Notes under the pieces: generated by a model
What the model saw: only the letters and a program-made list of their open reading frames with translations
Told to the model about the DNA's origin: nothing
The model's database searches: none
NCBI RefSeq assembly: GCF_009914755.1
Contig: NC_060929.1
Strand: one strand, 5' to 3'
Origin: the human T2T-CHM13v2.0 reference genome, Homo sapiens
DNA length: 64,000 nt
Made by a program: the position numbers and the translations under genes
Shown here: one piece after another, positions 13,450 to 30,910 of the stretch
Layout of the letters: every line of letters starts with the position of its first letter
Position numbering within the stretch: position 1 is the stretch's first letter

Positions 13450-14030
13450 TGCTGTGATCTTGGGCATCTTGAAGGGGAACACTCAACCCAGATGTAGGGA
13501 TCTGGAGATGGATGAAGGAACATTTCTTAGGGAGGTCAAGGCTTGAGCTGGATCTTGAAGCAATTGACCAGTGAGTGAATAAGTGGAAGAGTAGATGTTC
13601 AAGAAAAGCAAATGAATAAGCTGGTGCAAAGGCCTGAAATGGGAAGAAAGGACATCTAAGCTGGAGAACTGGACCCCAGGGTGGGGATTGGAGAGGTCTC
13701 TGGCTACACGCTGATATGCAGCTCAGGACAGGCCTCCTGAACCATGCTAAAAGAAGTTAGTTCAGATTTATTTTTCATGAGTTGAAGAAAAGCCATGAAT
13801 AAAATTTTAAGCAAGATATTGGCATGGTGAGAGACAAGTAGTTGAGAAAGACTTCTCTGTGGGTATAAGACCTGGAAAGCAGTGTGGCTGTAGTGGTGAA
13901 TACAAGGAGAGTGATGTAGAGGTCATTGCAGGCAACCAGCAGGTAGGCATTGGGAACCTGAAATTAGCAGGGACAATAGGGATAGAAGAAGGGATGGGTA
14001 ACCAGCAATTTAGTAGTGGGAAGGGCACTG
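13450..14030 (-). mobile_element. L2 LINE fragment
   Basis: TTGAGCTGGATCTTGAAG, GTGCAAAGGCCTGA, AAGCCATGAA..TTTTAAGCA antisense L2 motifs. Confidence 0.55.
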
Positions 14031-14707
14031 TCTTTTGATCATGTAGATGTGTGGGTGGACAGCAGTAGCACAAGTCTGCCTAATCTACAGTATGAAACTA
14101 ATTCCCACCCATTCCTTAAGCTGGGTTTGGACTGAATGCCACACACAATTCTGAACTGCTTTCTTTCCACCCCCATAAGTAACTTTAACCTTAGACAAAT
14201 AAAACTACCTATACGATCCTGTTTAAAGAAAACACAATAAGACAGTAAATCTTCCAAAATAGCAAAGTAGTTCAAGAAAAAAGACCGAATTCATACAATG
14301 TTTTGATCATCACACTTTTAAATCAAACACACTTTAGTTCATTGGTAATACATTCTGGATTTTTAAAACAAATGGAAAACCAACCAAAGAAAATCTTATG
14401 AATCACATGAAAGTTACCTTTAAAACTGTAGGAATTCAAAGTAATTCAGTACAAGAACTTCTTTTTCAAAGTAATACAATAATGATTTATTTGTTTGGAA
14501 TTCTGTGTCCTAAGTCAAGCAAATAAGATATAAAAAATTACACAAACATAAATTTCAAAATGAGAGAAAACTTACAACTCTTGACTTCCAAGACATTTAG
14601 CAAAGCTAAAGAAGTTGGAATTTAAAAGTGGAAAAACATAAGAAAAATAGACTAACAAATTAAGATTTTCATATCTATTAGTATTACATTTTTCTTAGAT
14701 TTTCACA

Positions 14708-15083
14708 TGCTATGGTTTTAATGCTCCACCAAAATTTACGTTGAAATTTAATTGCTGTTGTAAGTATTAAGAGGTAAGACCTTTAGGGGACAACTAGGTC
14801 TTGAGAGCTCTGTCCTACTAAATGGGACTAATGCCATTGTCTCAGGAGTGGGTTAGTTATAACTGGAGTGGGTTTCTGAGAAAAGGATAAATTTGGGCTA
14901 GTGTTCTCCCTCTGTCTCATGAGCTTTCTTCATATGATGCCTTCCATACTAGGATGACTCTAGTCAGAAGCTGGCACCAAACTCTTGGACCTCACAGCCT
15001 CCAGAACCATGAGTCAAATAACCTAATATTTTATATAAATTACCCAGCCTATGGTAATCTAACAGCAGAAAAAGTGCTAGACA
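14708..15083 (+). mobile_element. MaLR solo LTR, MSTD-like
   Basis: TGCTATGGTTT start, CAGCCTCCAGAACCATGAG, ATAAATTACCCAG; perfect 5-bp TSD TCACA (14703-14707 / 15084-15088). Confidence 0.85.
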
Positions 15084-15637
15084 TCACATCTGAGAAAAAT
15101 TCTGAAAAGAGCCATGCTATTAAATGCTGATATTAATTGTCTCCAACCTAGAAGAGGGAGGGCATTTCTTCCTTAATCAGCCAACTTTAGAATTCACACT
15201 AAAGTTTCAGCTGTACTGTGTCTCAATTATAATTCACAATATCAACAGCAAAAATTCAATGCTATTTTCTAAAAATACTTTAGGTATGACTCTGATTTCT
15301 CAAGTTTTGACTATGACTATGAGTCATGACTACCAACATTTAGATCAGCACTATGAGATTAACCAGAACCAATATGTAAATGTATACGGCAGAAAGCCAT
15401 CAATCAATCTGGAGTGGACACAATGTTTCCAAGTGTAACTATAATAGAGGAGCAAAGCAAAAACAGAATCCTGGAATCAGACAATGTGTGACAGTACAAC
15501 AGCCTAAAAGAGCTGCCGGCAAGACATATTGGGAAAGTTAGTCCAAAGGAGCACATCCATGCTCAAGAGATAAGAATGAATCAACTCCTGATGGGGAAGA
15601 TGGCTGGTACTCTTCTGCCCATCATAACTAACTCTAC

Positions 15638-15805
15638 CCTCCCAACAATCTAGGGTATAGGTACCAGTATTACATTCATCTTACACAGTAGGTAGAAAGG
15701 AGCTTAACAACTTGCCAAAGATTACTGAGCTTTTAAATGGATGGCCTGGGATTATGAAGTCAGGCCACCCTGGCTGGCTCCAGGGTCCACAATCTTAACC
15801 CACGT
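15638..15805 (-). mobile_element. MIR SINE
   Basis: AACTTGCCAAAGATTAC..GCCTGGGATT..CTCCAGGGTCCACAATCTTAACC. Confidence 0.6.
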
Positions 15806-17919
15806 GCGATGGACTCTTTCAGTGAATGAGTTGGCAGGATCTCCCAGATTCCTAATTCCTTCCTGTCTCACCAGAGTTCTATTGACAGATTGAGTTTGTT
15901 TGCTTTGAACTTGTCAGACAAAATAAAATGTGATGCTTTTGAAAGGCCCTTGGTGGGAAAGCGGGGAATGAAATGGTTTGGCTGGAGAGAGAACACTACT
16001 CCACATCTTCACTACTGAGATTTCAACCCAGTTGTTATGATTTCAGTGCTGATTTCACAAAGTCATCGATTCGAAAGCTTCCCCCATTCCCACCCTGTAA
16101 TCTGAACTCTGAAAGTACATGGAAAACACAAAAGTAAACTTAATTGTGAATAGTCTTATTATTCTGCAATTTTGTGTAATTATCCAAACCCACTTGAAAT
16201 AATAACAGAGGTCAAGACAAAGAACATGCACGGATAAACATGGATATTGTTCCATAACCTGACACATTATATGTGGGTTAAGATCTTTACACTATACAAA
16301 GAAAATTCAAACTGGGTTATATTTCCTAAGCGAGTTTATACGTTGAATTAGGAGAATACAGCAAAAACTATCCCATGGAGACATTATGCAAACTGGTAAG
16401 CATGGAGGTCATCAAGCCTTATGTACTGGAGATGGTAGGACAGATCCATCCATTATTCAAGCACAGCCAAGAAAGTGCACTTGAAGTTCCAATCTAAGAT
16501 TCTAAGATTCCATATTCTTCCTTTATGGTAAAAGATGGGTTCCAAGTTTCCCATATGGAATATAATGGCCAAGCCCTTTCTTATACAGCTCAGAGCAGGG
16601 ACACCCTGGGGAGGTGTGAAGAACCGTGGAAGAGATGAAGATGAGGGCCTAGTGCACTCTTGGGCTCTCACCCTTTTGCATGGGCTAGCTCCCTGCTTTC
16701 TGACCTGCTCCCTACCAGAACACAGCTCTTCCTCATCCCCAGCCTCACTATCCCCCTACTCTCCTCTAATTGGAGTATCCACCTCATTAGAGTCTCCTTA
16801 AATGGTCTCAGGGCTGACAATAACACAACAATTTATGGAAGAGCTAAACATTCCTCCCTATGCTATCACACAGGCAATGGGTAAGTACTGCATTTTAAAT
16901 TTAGTGCTTTCTAGGACAATCATACCCCAAAAGAGCTCTAATATGTCTGAAACAAGTAATGCTAGCAGAGTTGTCTGCCTCATTTCCTAATGCTTCAAGC
17001 TCTTATTAGGCTGAATAATTAAGAAAACTATTTTTTCTTCTTTGTTTTTCCAAGTATGATAACTTTCTTCCATACATGTCTATATAAGCTTTTACTCAAG
17101 GACAGCTGATTTAATGGGTTGTGATGATGGATAATTAAGTCTCTTAATTATTCTCTTAGGATTATTGTAGCTGTGAAAATCAAGCCACATACACATACAT
17201 TCAAACAGCAATTAAAAATATTGAATTGCTTTTTAATTTAGAAATTATTTCTGGTTTTGGAAGCTATCTCTGGCCCCAATATGCTCATCATTATATTTGC
17301 ATATTCAAAGACTTTATCAGTCTTCATAACCATTTTGATTGGTCTACCTCCTATGGTGTTTTGACAAATATTATTATAATCTGTTAGATTTATGTTCCTA
17401 CTAATACACTATCCAGGTGATTTAACAAACATATAGTGTTTCGTTATCCAATTTTAATAGAACCTATAAAAATACAAATGTAACTAGTCCAAATGTGGTA
17501 CAAAATCTCATCCTTTCAAGAAACCTGAGTCTGGTTATTACCAAAATAATTCCTTCCTGTGCCATCTACACCAGCCTCTACTTTCCCTTTAAATAATGAT
17601 GAGCCTCAAGAGAAAGAAACTCAACATTAGGAAGGAGCTTCTATATTGCCTTTACATGAATAACAAACAAAACTATTATAGCATGATCATCCTAAGATAA
17701 AACAGTTAACTTTGCTCCTCCATGCCTAACATCATTAAGGACATTCCTTGAAGTTCAGTAATGTTTAATATCAATAGATTCACAACATACAAAATAGAAA
17801 TAGAAACATTATCAACTATATAAAATCACTTGGTTGGTTCTCTACCAAGAAAATGCCACAAAACAGGAAGTGTTAACTCTCCAGTAATATTCCTACATAG
17901 TCAGTGGAACTTGTAAATG

Positions 17920-18440
17920 TATTCAACTAATATTTACTGAGCACCTATTATGTAACAGAATTTGGGATATAATATGAGCTTTTCTAAAGCCTGCTGTATT
18001 TTAGAAATTCCCAGCCTAGTAAAGGCAAGAGAAAAAAAGTAATTGTAATACAAGTTGAGAAGTAAAGGTATATACTGTAAGAACACAGAGAGAAAAACAC
18101 GTTTGTAGAGAAGATGGAGGATTACACAGCGATGCCCAGCCCAGCAGCCACCTGAGCAGGAATGAAGGGAAGATAGAAGTTCTTGAGAGATAAGAGAGAC
18201 GTATGCTTGCTGAAAACAGGTACCAGGATGTGCAAAGTCTGTGAGAAGTGGAAAAACATCTCACATTCATGAAACTGCAAGAAATGTGTATGGCTGAATG
18301 CCACAAGGAATGTTGAGGAATAAGCAGATCTTGAAGCTGGAAAAACAGGAAAGGTCAGACCATGGTGTTTCATACAGGATATTGTTTGAAAATAGGATTT
18401 TTTTTTTAAATTTAAGAGTTTTAAGCAGTAAGGTAATGCC
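17920..18440 (-). mobile_element. L2 LINE 3' fragment
   Basis: ATTCAACTAATATTTACTGAGCACCTATTATGT start, GTGCAAAGTCTGTGAG downstream. Confidence 0.6.
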
Positions 18441-19299
18441 ATAGTTTACATATATTAAGCCATGAACCACAGTAGGAGGCAGGAGGAATGGAGGACACAG
18501 AGCATTATAAACAACTGCCCAAGGCCAGAAAGCAAGTAAAGGAGCTAAGATTCAAATGTGATCAGATGTGCAGTTTAGAAGGATGACTTGAGGAAAAAGG
18601 GATAGAATGTATGTGAGGATAGAATACAATTAATAAAAGATTAGCTAGTTTAAGCCCGTGGTGATAAGGCAACGAGGCTGAATTCAATAAGCTTGAATAA
18701 GGCTGAATGCACTGTAAGCTGTAGACTAGACAGAACAGTATAAGTACACATTTAGGGACCATCAATGAGAACGGGGAACCAGCAAAGGCATCCATTGCTC
18801 TGGACAAAAGGTTATGAATCTGATCTCTGAGGTCAGTTTAAAGAGCTCCATCCAAATGATGATAGTATGAAAAACTATTCTACTGTTCAGGAAAGAAGTT
18901 AGTTTGGAGGTAAAGACAAAACATTCCTTATCTTGATTTTTGTATGTCTTTGCTTGGGAACAAAGGAGATACAGTGATGTAAGTGTGGCTCAGATGTTTT
19001 GTTTATTTTGACTTTGCTTCTTTTGAGGGGAAAGGAATGGAACAAGAAGTCACCTACAATTGCTCACACAATCATCCATCTGCATTTGTCATAGCTGGTC
19101 AACATGCAGGGTCCACACCAAGGTGCTGACCACATTATGGGTATGATTAAGGATGAGGACCCTCATGTGAAATAGCTTTGTTGAGCGTGAGAAACAATGT
19201 GCCCTAACACAAAGACATACGGCTTGATCACCATGAAGTGGGGATCACAACAATTCACTACAGCTCTTTTTCCTAAAGAACAGAACAAAGTATCCATTA

Positions 19300-20530
19300 T
19301 AGCATTTGACAATCTAAGCATTCCTTCTGGGACCACCTTCTGCCCATGGCTCATCCTGTCCAGGTTTTCTTCCTCATCACTAGCTGCTCCTTCTCAGTCT
19401 CCTTTAGCAGACTAAGCTGTGTTTCCTCCAATGGTGGCATGGCCCTGGCATCTGCTTCGGATCCTTCACTTTCCACTCTACCTTCCTCCTTGGGTAATAT
19501 TACCTTGTTTTATGACAGCAAACACCATCAGTACAACACACCTGCATTCCTGTCCATTACTGGAAAGTATTAATTCTTCCACCTCTCTCCTGGGTATATT
19601 CCTTGGCATATCCAAAAGCATCTCAAACGTAATACATGTAAATCACCAGCCATGATTTCCCTCTCTGCCTCCCAACTTGCTTCTCCCCTAGTGTTGCCCA
19701 TAACACTACCCACTTAGTTGCTCTGGTCAAAGGTATACAAGTCATCCTTGAGTCTTCTTGTTTCCTCACTGCCAACATCCAATCCACCAACAAATCATGT
19801 TGACTGGAACTAACAAACAAAACTTTCCAAATGCGTCCATTTCTCTACCAGTAACTCTTGCCTAAATTCTAATGCAATTTCCTAATGGATGTCCTTCCTA
19901 TAACTTTGTCCCATTATAACCCTTTCCTCTACGACTCACCCAAAAGTATCTTTTTAATAAGAAAAATAGATGATGTTTAATACCTTCGAGTGGCTTGCCA
20001 TTTAGGTACCTAAAACACAATTCAAAGTCTTGGGCCTGGTTCACAAAGCTTGAGGTGTTTCTGCCTCCAATTCTCTGACCCCGTGTGTCACCATTCCTCT
20101 ACTCCTTGAGCCCTGTGATCCAGCAACTCTAAACCTCTGTAGGTTCCTTTAGCCTTATCCACTGTTCCCTCTTCCAAACCTTTGTATTCACTGAGCTCTC
20201 TTTCCCAAAGGTGCTTTCCCTCACCTGTGCCTGACTCCTCAATATTCAGATATTGACTCAACTGCCACTCTATAAGAGTAGACCATTCTTTGCCACCCTA
20301 TCTACAAGAACTTCATAAATACTTTCTATCACATCACTGCATTTGAATTCTTGGCAGCACACTTACCAGTTTCTAACACTTTTCCTAACTATTAATTGAT
20401 TAAATATCTCCTCCAACTATAATAACACTGTAAGAGAAGTCCTTCCCTTGGTTCAATACTTTATTTCCTGTACTTGGAAGTCTGACTGCCCCATAAGAGA
20501 CCCTGATTAAATATGTGCTGAAGGAAGGAA
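19300..20530 (+). mobile_element. L2 LINE (L2a-like) ~1.2 kb 3' portion
   Basis: AGCATTTGACA, GCTCCTTCTCAGTCTCCTTT, GCATCTCAAAC, ACATCCAATCCACCAACAAATC, terminal TGCTGAAGGAAGGAAT. Confidence 0.7.
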
Positions 20531-22379
20531 TAATCTAGGAGTTTGAAATGAGTTTACTTTTGCAAACTTCTGTCTGAAGGTAGGAATTTCAAGGCGAGAG
20601 CCTCATCACATTTGTCATCAGGTGAACCTGGTTTTAAGAGTATAAGTTCAAGATTAGCATGAAGAGTGAAAAAATCAGTTTGCATTTAGTTTTCAAATTC
20701 ATCTTGCATATCTATGTGATGTGAATAATAATCTCTGACCTTCTTGGTTCATAAAATTGTTGTGAGATTTAATGAGATAGTTACAGAGGCACTGTATAAA
20801 CTCTCAGGCAAAGTAATTTAGTAGAAATAGTTGGGTCTGTAGTCTTCTGTCTGCATCACCAACTGGAGAGCTTATTCATGGCATGGAGGAATTTGCTGGT
20901 ACATTGAGTGAGTGTGGCTTAACTGGGGCGGTGGGAGTTGCCACCTGGCCCTTGAAGAGTTTTGCATCTGGCAATAATCCAGAGAATGACTCCACTGAGA
21001 GGTAATAAACACAGAGAAAACTCTTTACCTATCATCTCTATGACCTTCTCACAGCGTCTTGTATTGGAGACATTTCAATTGTTCCTTGGATGGAAAGTAG
21101 CTCACCTTTTACTGTCAGCAGGACACATGGTACATGTGCCATTACGTTGGGAAATGGCTGCACAACTATTCCAAGTGGAAAAGTAAAGCTCTACACATCT
21201 GTATACTACCCACATAGATCTTTTTTTTTTTCCATTCTACATTAAATGTCACTGAAAGTAGATCAAATGAAGTGCAAGCTCCCATGTCATCCTGGAAAAT
21301 GTCCATGAAAACAGTCAGCATTAACACAAAATGTGTGGTTTATACTAGGGACTGAGATTCTATTTTGTTCTAAAAAAAAAAAGACTATAATTTCTCCTGA
21401 CAGATGAGGTCAGTGAATAATGTTTAAAATAGATGACGTCCCCTTACTTCTTACCCTTCCCCTTGGTCATAAGGCACCACTAGTGGTTCAGAACCCCCAG
21501 CATTACAACCACCATTACATGCATCAAGGTGGTGGTCAGGGCTTGCAGATGTTTTATTACAACTCTACCAAGGGGCATCCATGGGAGGGTTCAGCAAAGC
21601 CCAGGAACAGGGTACACAGGGGTGTGCAGGGCAAGTCAGCCCCTAGACAGCTCTGTACCCAGTAACTGAGGCCTCAGAAGGCAGAGAGAAGCCAAGTAAA
21701 GGGCAAGGAGGGTGTTAGGGTGTTTTGTTTCCTTCCTTCAAGGCTATAGATGATACCACTACACCCTACAACTAGCTGCCAGCACCTAGTGCAAACATGC
21801 TGAGATTTTGACCTGCTGAATACACATTTGGACTGAATACTGAAAAGTCGCTGAGAAGAAACACAAGGGGGAAGAACTGTCAAATGGCATGGCATATTAC
21901 TAACATAAAAAAAGAAGCATTCCTGTTGATTTGAAAAGAATATCAAGAGAAGCTAGAAGCCTTACCATCGCCCCTTCAAATAGGTTATCAAATGCTAGCT
22001 TCAGTCCTAACTCTATATTTTCATGTAAGTTCTTAAATTAAGAGGCTCAGGGAACCAAAATTTTACTATGCAATGAACATCTTGGCCATTGGGTTACAAA
22101 TGAATTGATCAAACTTACTTTGTCTTGGGATTGGATTTAGGTTACCTATTGAAGACTGGTAGCCAACCAGGCGTGCTGTCTTTCAGTGAGGTGGCAAGAG
22201 ACCACAGGCCTATCTCATTCTGTCTTCTCCACTCGCAGGCTCAAATGCCAAGGCCTCAATGCACTGGCTCTCTCTCTCTCCTTAAGTGTACAAGACAATG
22301 GAAGAAGTCTTGCCCTAATCACCCTTAGGTTATCCAGGGGAACAAAGAGCTGGGCTGAATCCTGGTGATGAGATTTACT

Positions 22380-22550
22380 CAAGTCTTTTTATTTCCCTAT
22401 CCCTCATTTTTCCTCATTGCTTGCTGGATATAATAAAAATAGCAACCTCAAAGGGTCTTGGTGAGTATTAAGGAGTGCTTACAAATAGCATTTAATCCAG
22501 TGTCTGCACATAGTAAGCCTGTGATATTGTTAACTACATAATTACTTCCA
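22380..22550 (+). mobile_element. MIR SINE
   Basis: CCTCATTTTTCCTCAT..ATAATAAAAATAGCAACCTCA..GCACATAGTAAG. Confidence 0.55.
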
Positions 22551-22560
22551 CTATTATTTG

Positions 22561-22576
22561 TCTTTTCTTCTTTCTT

Positions 22577-22607
<31 letters not shown>

Positions 22608-22900
22608 CCCTGAGATGGAGTTTTGCTCTATAGCCCAGGCTGGAGTGCAATGTCATGATCTCTGCTCACTGGAACCTCTGCCTCCTGGGTTCAAGCGTTC
22701 AAGCAATTCTCGTGCCTCAGCCTCCCAAGTACCTGCGACCACAGGGGCCTGCCACCATACCTGGCTAATTTTGTATTTTTGGTAGAGGTGGGGTTTCACC
22801 ATGTTGGCGAGGTTAGTCTGGAACTCCTGACCTCGGGTGATCTGCCTGCCTTGGCCTCCCAAAGTGCTGGGATTACAGGCGTGAGCCACCAGGCCCGGCC
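22561..22900 (-). mobile_element. Alu, AluS (Sx/Sz-like), full length
   Basis: poly-T, both arms, ends GTGAGCCACCAGGCCCGGCC; internal 8-bp duplication GTTCAAGC x2 (22689-22704). Confidence 0.95.
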
Positions 22901-23118
22901 CCATTATTTTTTACAAAAAGCCTTTTTAATCCCATTCTAATTCTTTTGCTATCTGCCTTTCACTTGGAAATACAGCTACAGTGGAAGAGAGAAATGCAAA
23001 CTGCTTCTGGGCAAAATTTGCTTTTAATATTCTCAAAAGGTTTGTAGTACCAAATTTTTCCCCACATGTTCACTTGAAATTATTCTTCACTTTGGGGGAG
23101 ATTTAAAAATAAAATTTT

Positions 23119-26470
<3,352 letters not shown>

Positions 26471-27016
26471 ACAATGAGATCACATGGACATAGGAAGGGG
26501 AATATCACACTCTGGGGACTGTGGTGGGGTCGGGGGAGGGGGGAGGGATAGCATTGGGAGATATACCTAATGCTAGATGACACGTTAGTGGGTGCAGCGC
26601 ACCAGCATGGCACATGTATACATATGTAACTAACCTGCACAATGTGCACATGTACCCTAAAACTTAGATTATAATAAAAAAAAAAATTAAAAAAAAAAAG
26701 AAAATATATTTCTTATAAAATAAAATATTTTCGAAAAAAAAAAAATAAAAATAAAATTTTAAATAAATGCCTAAGGAATTCCAAATGATTTGGCAAGCTA
26801 AATCCATTCTGTCAATAGAAAAAAAAAAAAAGATACAGATGTCTCTGCCAACAAAAAATCGGTTCAGAATATTAGGTTGTTTATTGCAATATTTGTATTT
26901 GAAGAAACCCACAATGGTTCTGTGCATTAAGAATTTTTGAGAATTTGTTATCATTGAAAGAAAGAAAAATTCCCATTCCCCATTCTTTTTTACCCCGTCC
27001 TCCAGGTCATCTAAGT

Positions 27017-27372
27017 CAGGGGTCCCCAACACCCAAGCCACGGACTGGTCCTGGTCCATGGCCTGTTAGGAACCAGGCCGCACAGCATGAGGTGAGCAGC
27101 AGACAAGTGAGCGTTACTGCCTGAGTTCCTCTGCCTGTCAGATCAGCAGTGGCATTAGATTCTCTTAGGAGCATGAGCCCTATTGTGAACTGCGCACTGC
27201 AGTGAGGGATCTAGGTTATCTACTCTTTATGGGACTCTAGTGCCTGATAATCTGAGGTGGAACAGTTTCATCCCAAAATCAACACCCACCCTTTCCCCAC
27301 TGCCCCAATGCTCGTGGAAAAATTGTCTTCCACGAAACTGGTCTCTGGTGTCAAGAAGACTGGGGACCACTG
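27017..27372 (+). mobile_element. MER1B-like hAT-Charlie DNA transposon
   Basis: TIRs CAGGGGTCCCCAA / TGGGGACCACTG; perfect 8-bp TSD ATCTAAGT (27009-27016 / 27373-27380). Confidence 0.9.
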
Positions 27373-28398
27373 ATCTAAGTCATTAGAACTCTTGTATTCT
27401 ACCATTCAACCTTTACCTATGACATGAATTTAGGTTCTTGCAAAAGAAAGAGAACATAGGTTTTCATGCCTGTGATTAAATGCCTATGATCTGTACTTTG
27501 CCATGTGATTCCATGGTGGGAGGCAAGTTATCCTCATCGATCACATTTAGAGTTTAACCACATGAGCTACTCTAAAGAAGATGTTCTCATGGCTGAGTTT
27601 TCCCTGTGTCTCTTGGGTATTTCTCAATGTGCACTGCATTTAGAAATAAATCTCAAAGTGCTCTGATGACGTATCTTTTCTCAAACACACATTCCCCTCA
27701 TCTCTCCCCATCTCCCCTGCAGAAATTGATAAGAAGTGAATTTCTCTAGAAAATCTAGTTTTGTTGTTGCCATTAAACTAATTTTAGGATTGGAAACTCA
27801 CATATATGGTCACTATGTGCCTACCTTCTTTTTAGGAAACATGAGTCTGTGATGAAAGATATAAGTGAATCCAAATTCAAGTTTAATTTTGGAAACCATA
27901 TGGTAAGATAAGAAGAGAATAAAACATAGCCTTCAAATAGATCACATTAGTTTTCATTTAGACCTATTATTTACTATTTAAGAACATTTTACATTTGCCA
28001 AATACATTTCTATAAGCCAAGAAGAACCAAATTTTTAGAGCTAGAATAAAGACAGAAAAAAGCAGGAGCCCAGAAGGAGGAAAAGAAAGGAAAAAGAAGG
28101 CCAGGAAGGTGAGGGAAAGTGGGAATAGTCAAAGGAAAGAGGATGGCAAGGACAAAGAGGAAGTGAAAAAAACATTAAACCATCTAGGCTCCAAGTAAAT
28201 AACGCATTTTATTTCAATATGTCAAAGCAAATCCTAGAATAACGTACCAGGCACTTGAAATTAAAATACAGCCATATGCTCCGGGAATGATTTTACAAAG
28301 AAATGAAGGCAGAACTGATGTCAGCTGAACCACTTGAGAAGAAAATGCCCTACAGTTCTCAGCTTCGGGGTTCCAGGTTGCTGGGGGTGTGGCATTCT

Positions 28399-28450
28399 CA
28401 TAGTGACACCTCCCACCCTGAGGTCATAGTGACACCTCCCACCCTGAGGT
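28399..28450. repeat. perfect 26-bp tandem duplication
   Basis: CATAGTGACACCTCCCACCCTGAGGT x2. Confidence 0.95.
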
Positions 28451-28809
28451 CACCAGCGGGTTAATGTTCAGTTTGCCCTTGGTAGATCCTGGCAACCAGG
28501 AATGGCAACATAAAAAAGGAAGCACATCTCTGTTTTATAATTTTATGTATCATATTTGAGGACAAAAATATATCTTTCCAAGTAAAATGAATCTAGTTCT
28601 TAAGTAACAACAACAAACATTCATCACTCTCAAAAGTGTGAGGGGCTGGCTGACTTCGGGGTGGGAAGAAACATGGGGCGAGGGTGCAGTGGGGAAGAAT
28701 CAAGTTTCTTTACCTACTAAGTACATTATCCCTTGTTTCAAACCCCAAAGACGTGAACAGAGATTGACTTTGATCTGAAATTCCTTCTAATCTTACTTTG
28801 GGAGCCTTC

Positions 28810-29461
28810 ATTATAATGCACATGCATTTAGGAATAAAAGTTAGGGAAAATTCTTACTATGTGGATTGAATGACTGAAACTGTGAGTGAATGGTCTGTTG
28901 TGGATGAAATAAGGACATTCCCCATAGCCCCAAACCACCGCGAGACATTTTGGTGTGAGAGTAAAATTCAGCTCCACGGTCGTGTGCTAGCTCAGCATCT
29001 GGGAGGAACCAGGAGGGTCTCCAACGGCCTAATTACATATTCCCCTCCTGAGGCTCCTCTTGTGGATGAGGTGCTCTAGACAAATAACCTCCTTATTAGA
29101 AGGACAGGCCCAGTTCCTGCCTATCCATGAGGTGTGGGCTTCAGCTCCCTACCAGACCATATAATTTATCTAACAAGTCAATCCCATCCTTCTATGGAAA
29201 CCACAGGCATCCTACCTTCCTTCCACTGTAAGGCCTGCCTCCCACAGCCCTGTGATGTTCAACTCTTCTGCTGCGGGACTCCCATGTGGCTTTGTGTGGT
29301 GTGTGCGGTCCTCCTGCTCCAGGCTGTGAGTATATGTGACTCATAAACTGCTGCTGATCTCATCTGTCCAGTGCCTGGCGTCCCATGTTCAGCTATCCCC
29401 ATAACTCTAGGGCAAGGGATCCCTCCCTCACGAATAAGACAAACAAAAGGAAATTAAAACA
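28810..29461 (+). mobile_element. ERVL solo LTR, MER74-like
   Basis: CCAGGCTGTGAGTATATGTGACT..TAAACTGCTG..ATCTCATCTGTCCAGTG..ATTAAAACA; 5' boundary uncertain. Confidence 0.6.
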
Positions 29462-30759
29462 AGCAACTTCTGAGGTCTGCTAAACCAAGTTCAAGTGAGC
29501 TGTCCACTTAGCGTCTGTTTAGGCCACTGCAAGGCTGCTTTCTCCCTACCCTGCAAGTCTGGGTTCCAGACACAGGATTCAGCAAGCCCTGGCTGGCTCT
29601 CCAGCAGGCGCTCTTGAGAATGTTAAGGGCTCAGCAGGCACACCGTGTTTTCATGTTCAGGGCCTGGCATCTGAAAAATGCTAGGCGGAGAAGGGCAGTG
29701 TTTTGCGGAGGAAGACCAAAGAGTAATTGCTACATTTCAACATTCCTTGCCCCACGGCTGCCCTGCTTCCAAATCTCTCCCACATTTTCTCCCACTTACC
29801 GCGAAAAAATCCATTTATCTCACATTTCCCAATCTGTTTGTGAACAAAAGGCATCCGTCCTCAATGCCGCACTGTATGAGCTCCAAATACTGCTGGTGCT
29901 ACGTCTGCCTTGAGGGCATTTTAGGAGAGCAGGGAATGGTTCGAGTCTCTGAATACAGGTTGATGTTTCCAAAGGAGAGAACAGTCTATCCATGGTTCTG
30001 TGTTTTAGTTTGATATATCAGATAACACAAGATGCCAGAGTTATCCAGGGCACATTTTAAAGCACAAGTGAGCTTCTGTGCTAAGTATCTTATAAATAGA
30101 GTCTTCTGGCAAACTTCTGCTTTTAAATACTATTATTAATGAGAATGAATGGAAATAAATGATCTGGAGGGTTTCCTGTTATTCGTGACAATCTTTAGAG
30201 GGCCATGGCTCCTTAAATGACGAGATACTACACATTTTAAAAGTCTCTATCAATCTAATGATAAAATGCTAAGTTGAATACACCATTATTATTTAATGTA
30301 ATTTCAGGCTAAATTAGAAACTTTTATCTGGTCCCGTAAGATAGTGTTAGAAAACAATATTTTATCTTCTAAGCAACTTCTTCTCACCCTCATGAGAAAG
30401 AATGTAGGAAGATTATAGCAATGAAATAATTATAACTATTCTCTTTTGATGGGACAAAGTAAGCATGATTAACTTATTTATCCTACAGTAATAAAGGTAA
30501 CTTGTCCAGCTCAGAAAGCCCATGAAACTCTAGCCAACTTGTGGCCAGACCCTGTGTAACTCACTACTGAACCCCAAGTTCAGACTGCTGAATAAATCAA
30601 TACAAACTCAACTTTACCAAAGCAGTATCAATATGGAAAGTTCAGCAAGCTCTGGATATTGGAAGAGTAAATATGAACACCTAATACAAAATACCTAACT
30701 AGGTACAAAATGAAGGAGAGAGATTTTAAGTATGCACCTAATTTAATTCTCAGAAGACT

Positions 30760-30910
30760 CCCTTAAAATCCCATTGTACAGATTAGAAGCCTGAGACTCA
30801 GTGAAGATGTGATATACCTTACAGAGCTCTGCCCAGCTAGGAAGTAGCAGAATCAAGGTGGATTTCTAGGTTGCTGGCTCAAAACCTTCGAACAGCTCTC
30901 TGAGTCCACA
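30760..30910 (-). mobile_element. MIR SINE
   Basis: CCCATTGTACAGAT..CTGAGACTCAG..CAGCTAGGAAGTAGCAGA. Confidence 0.6.

Noticed and set aside
22558-22904. ORFs with familiar-looking peptides (also 45590-45832, 53364-53621, 61480-61725)
   Set aside because: Alu translations.
26521-26560. G-quadruplex-like G tracts
   Set aside because: Standard L1 3'UTR feature.
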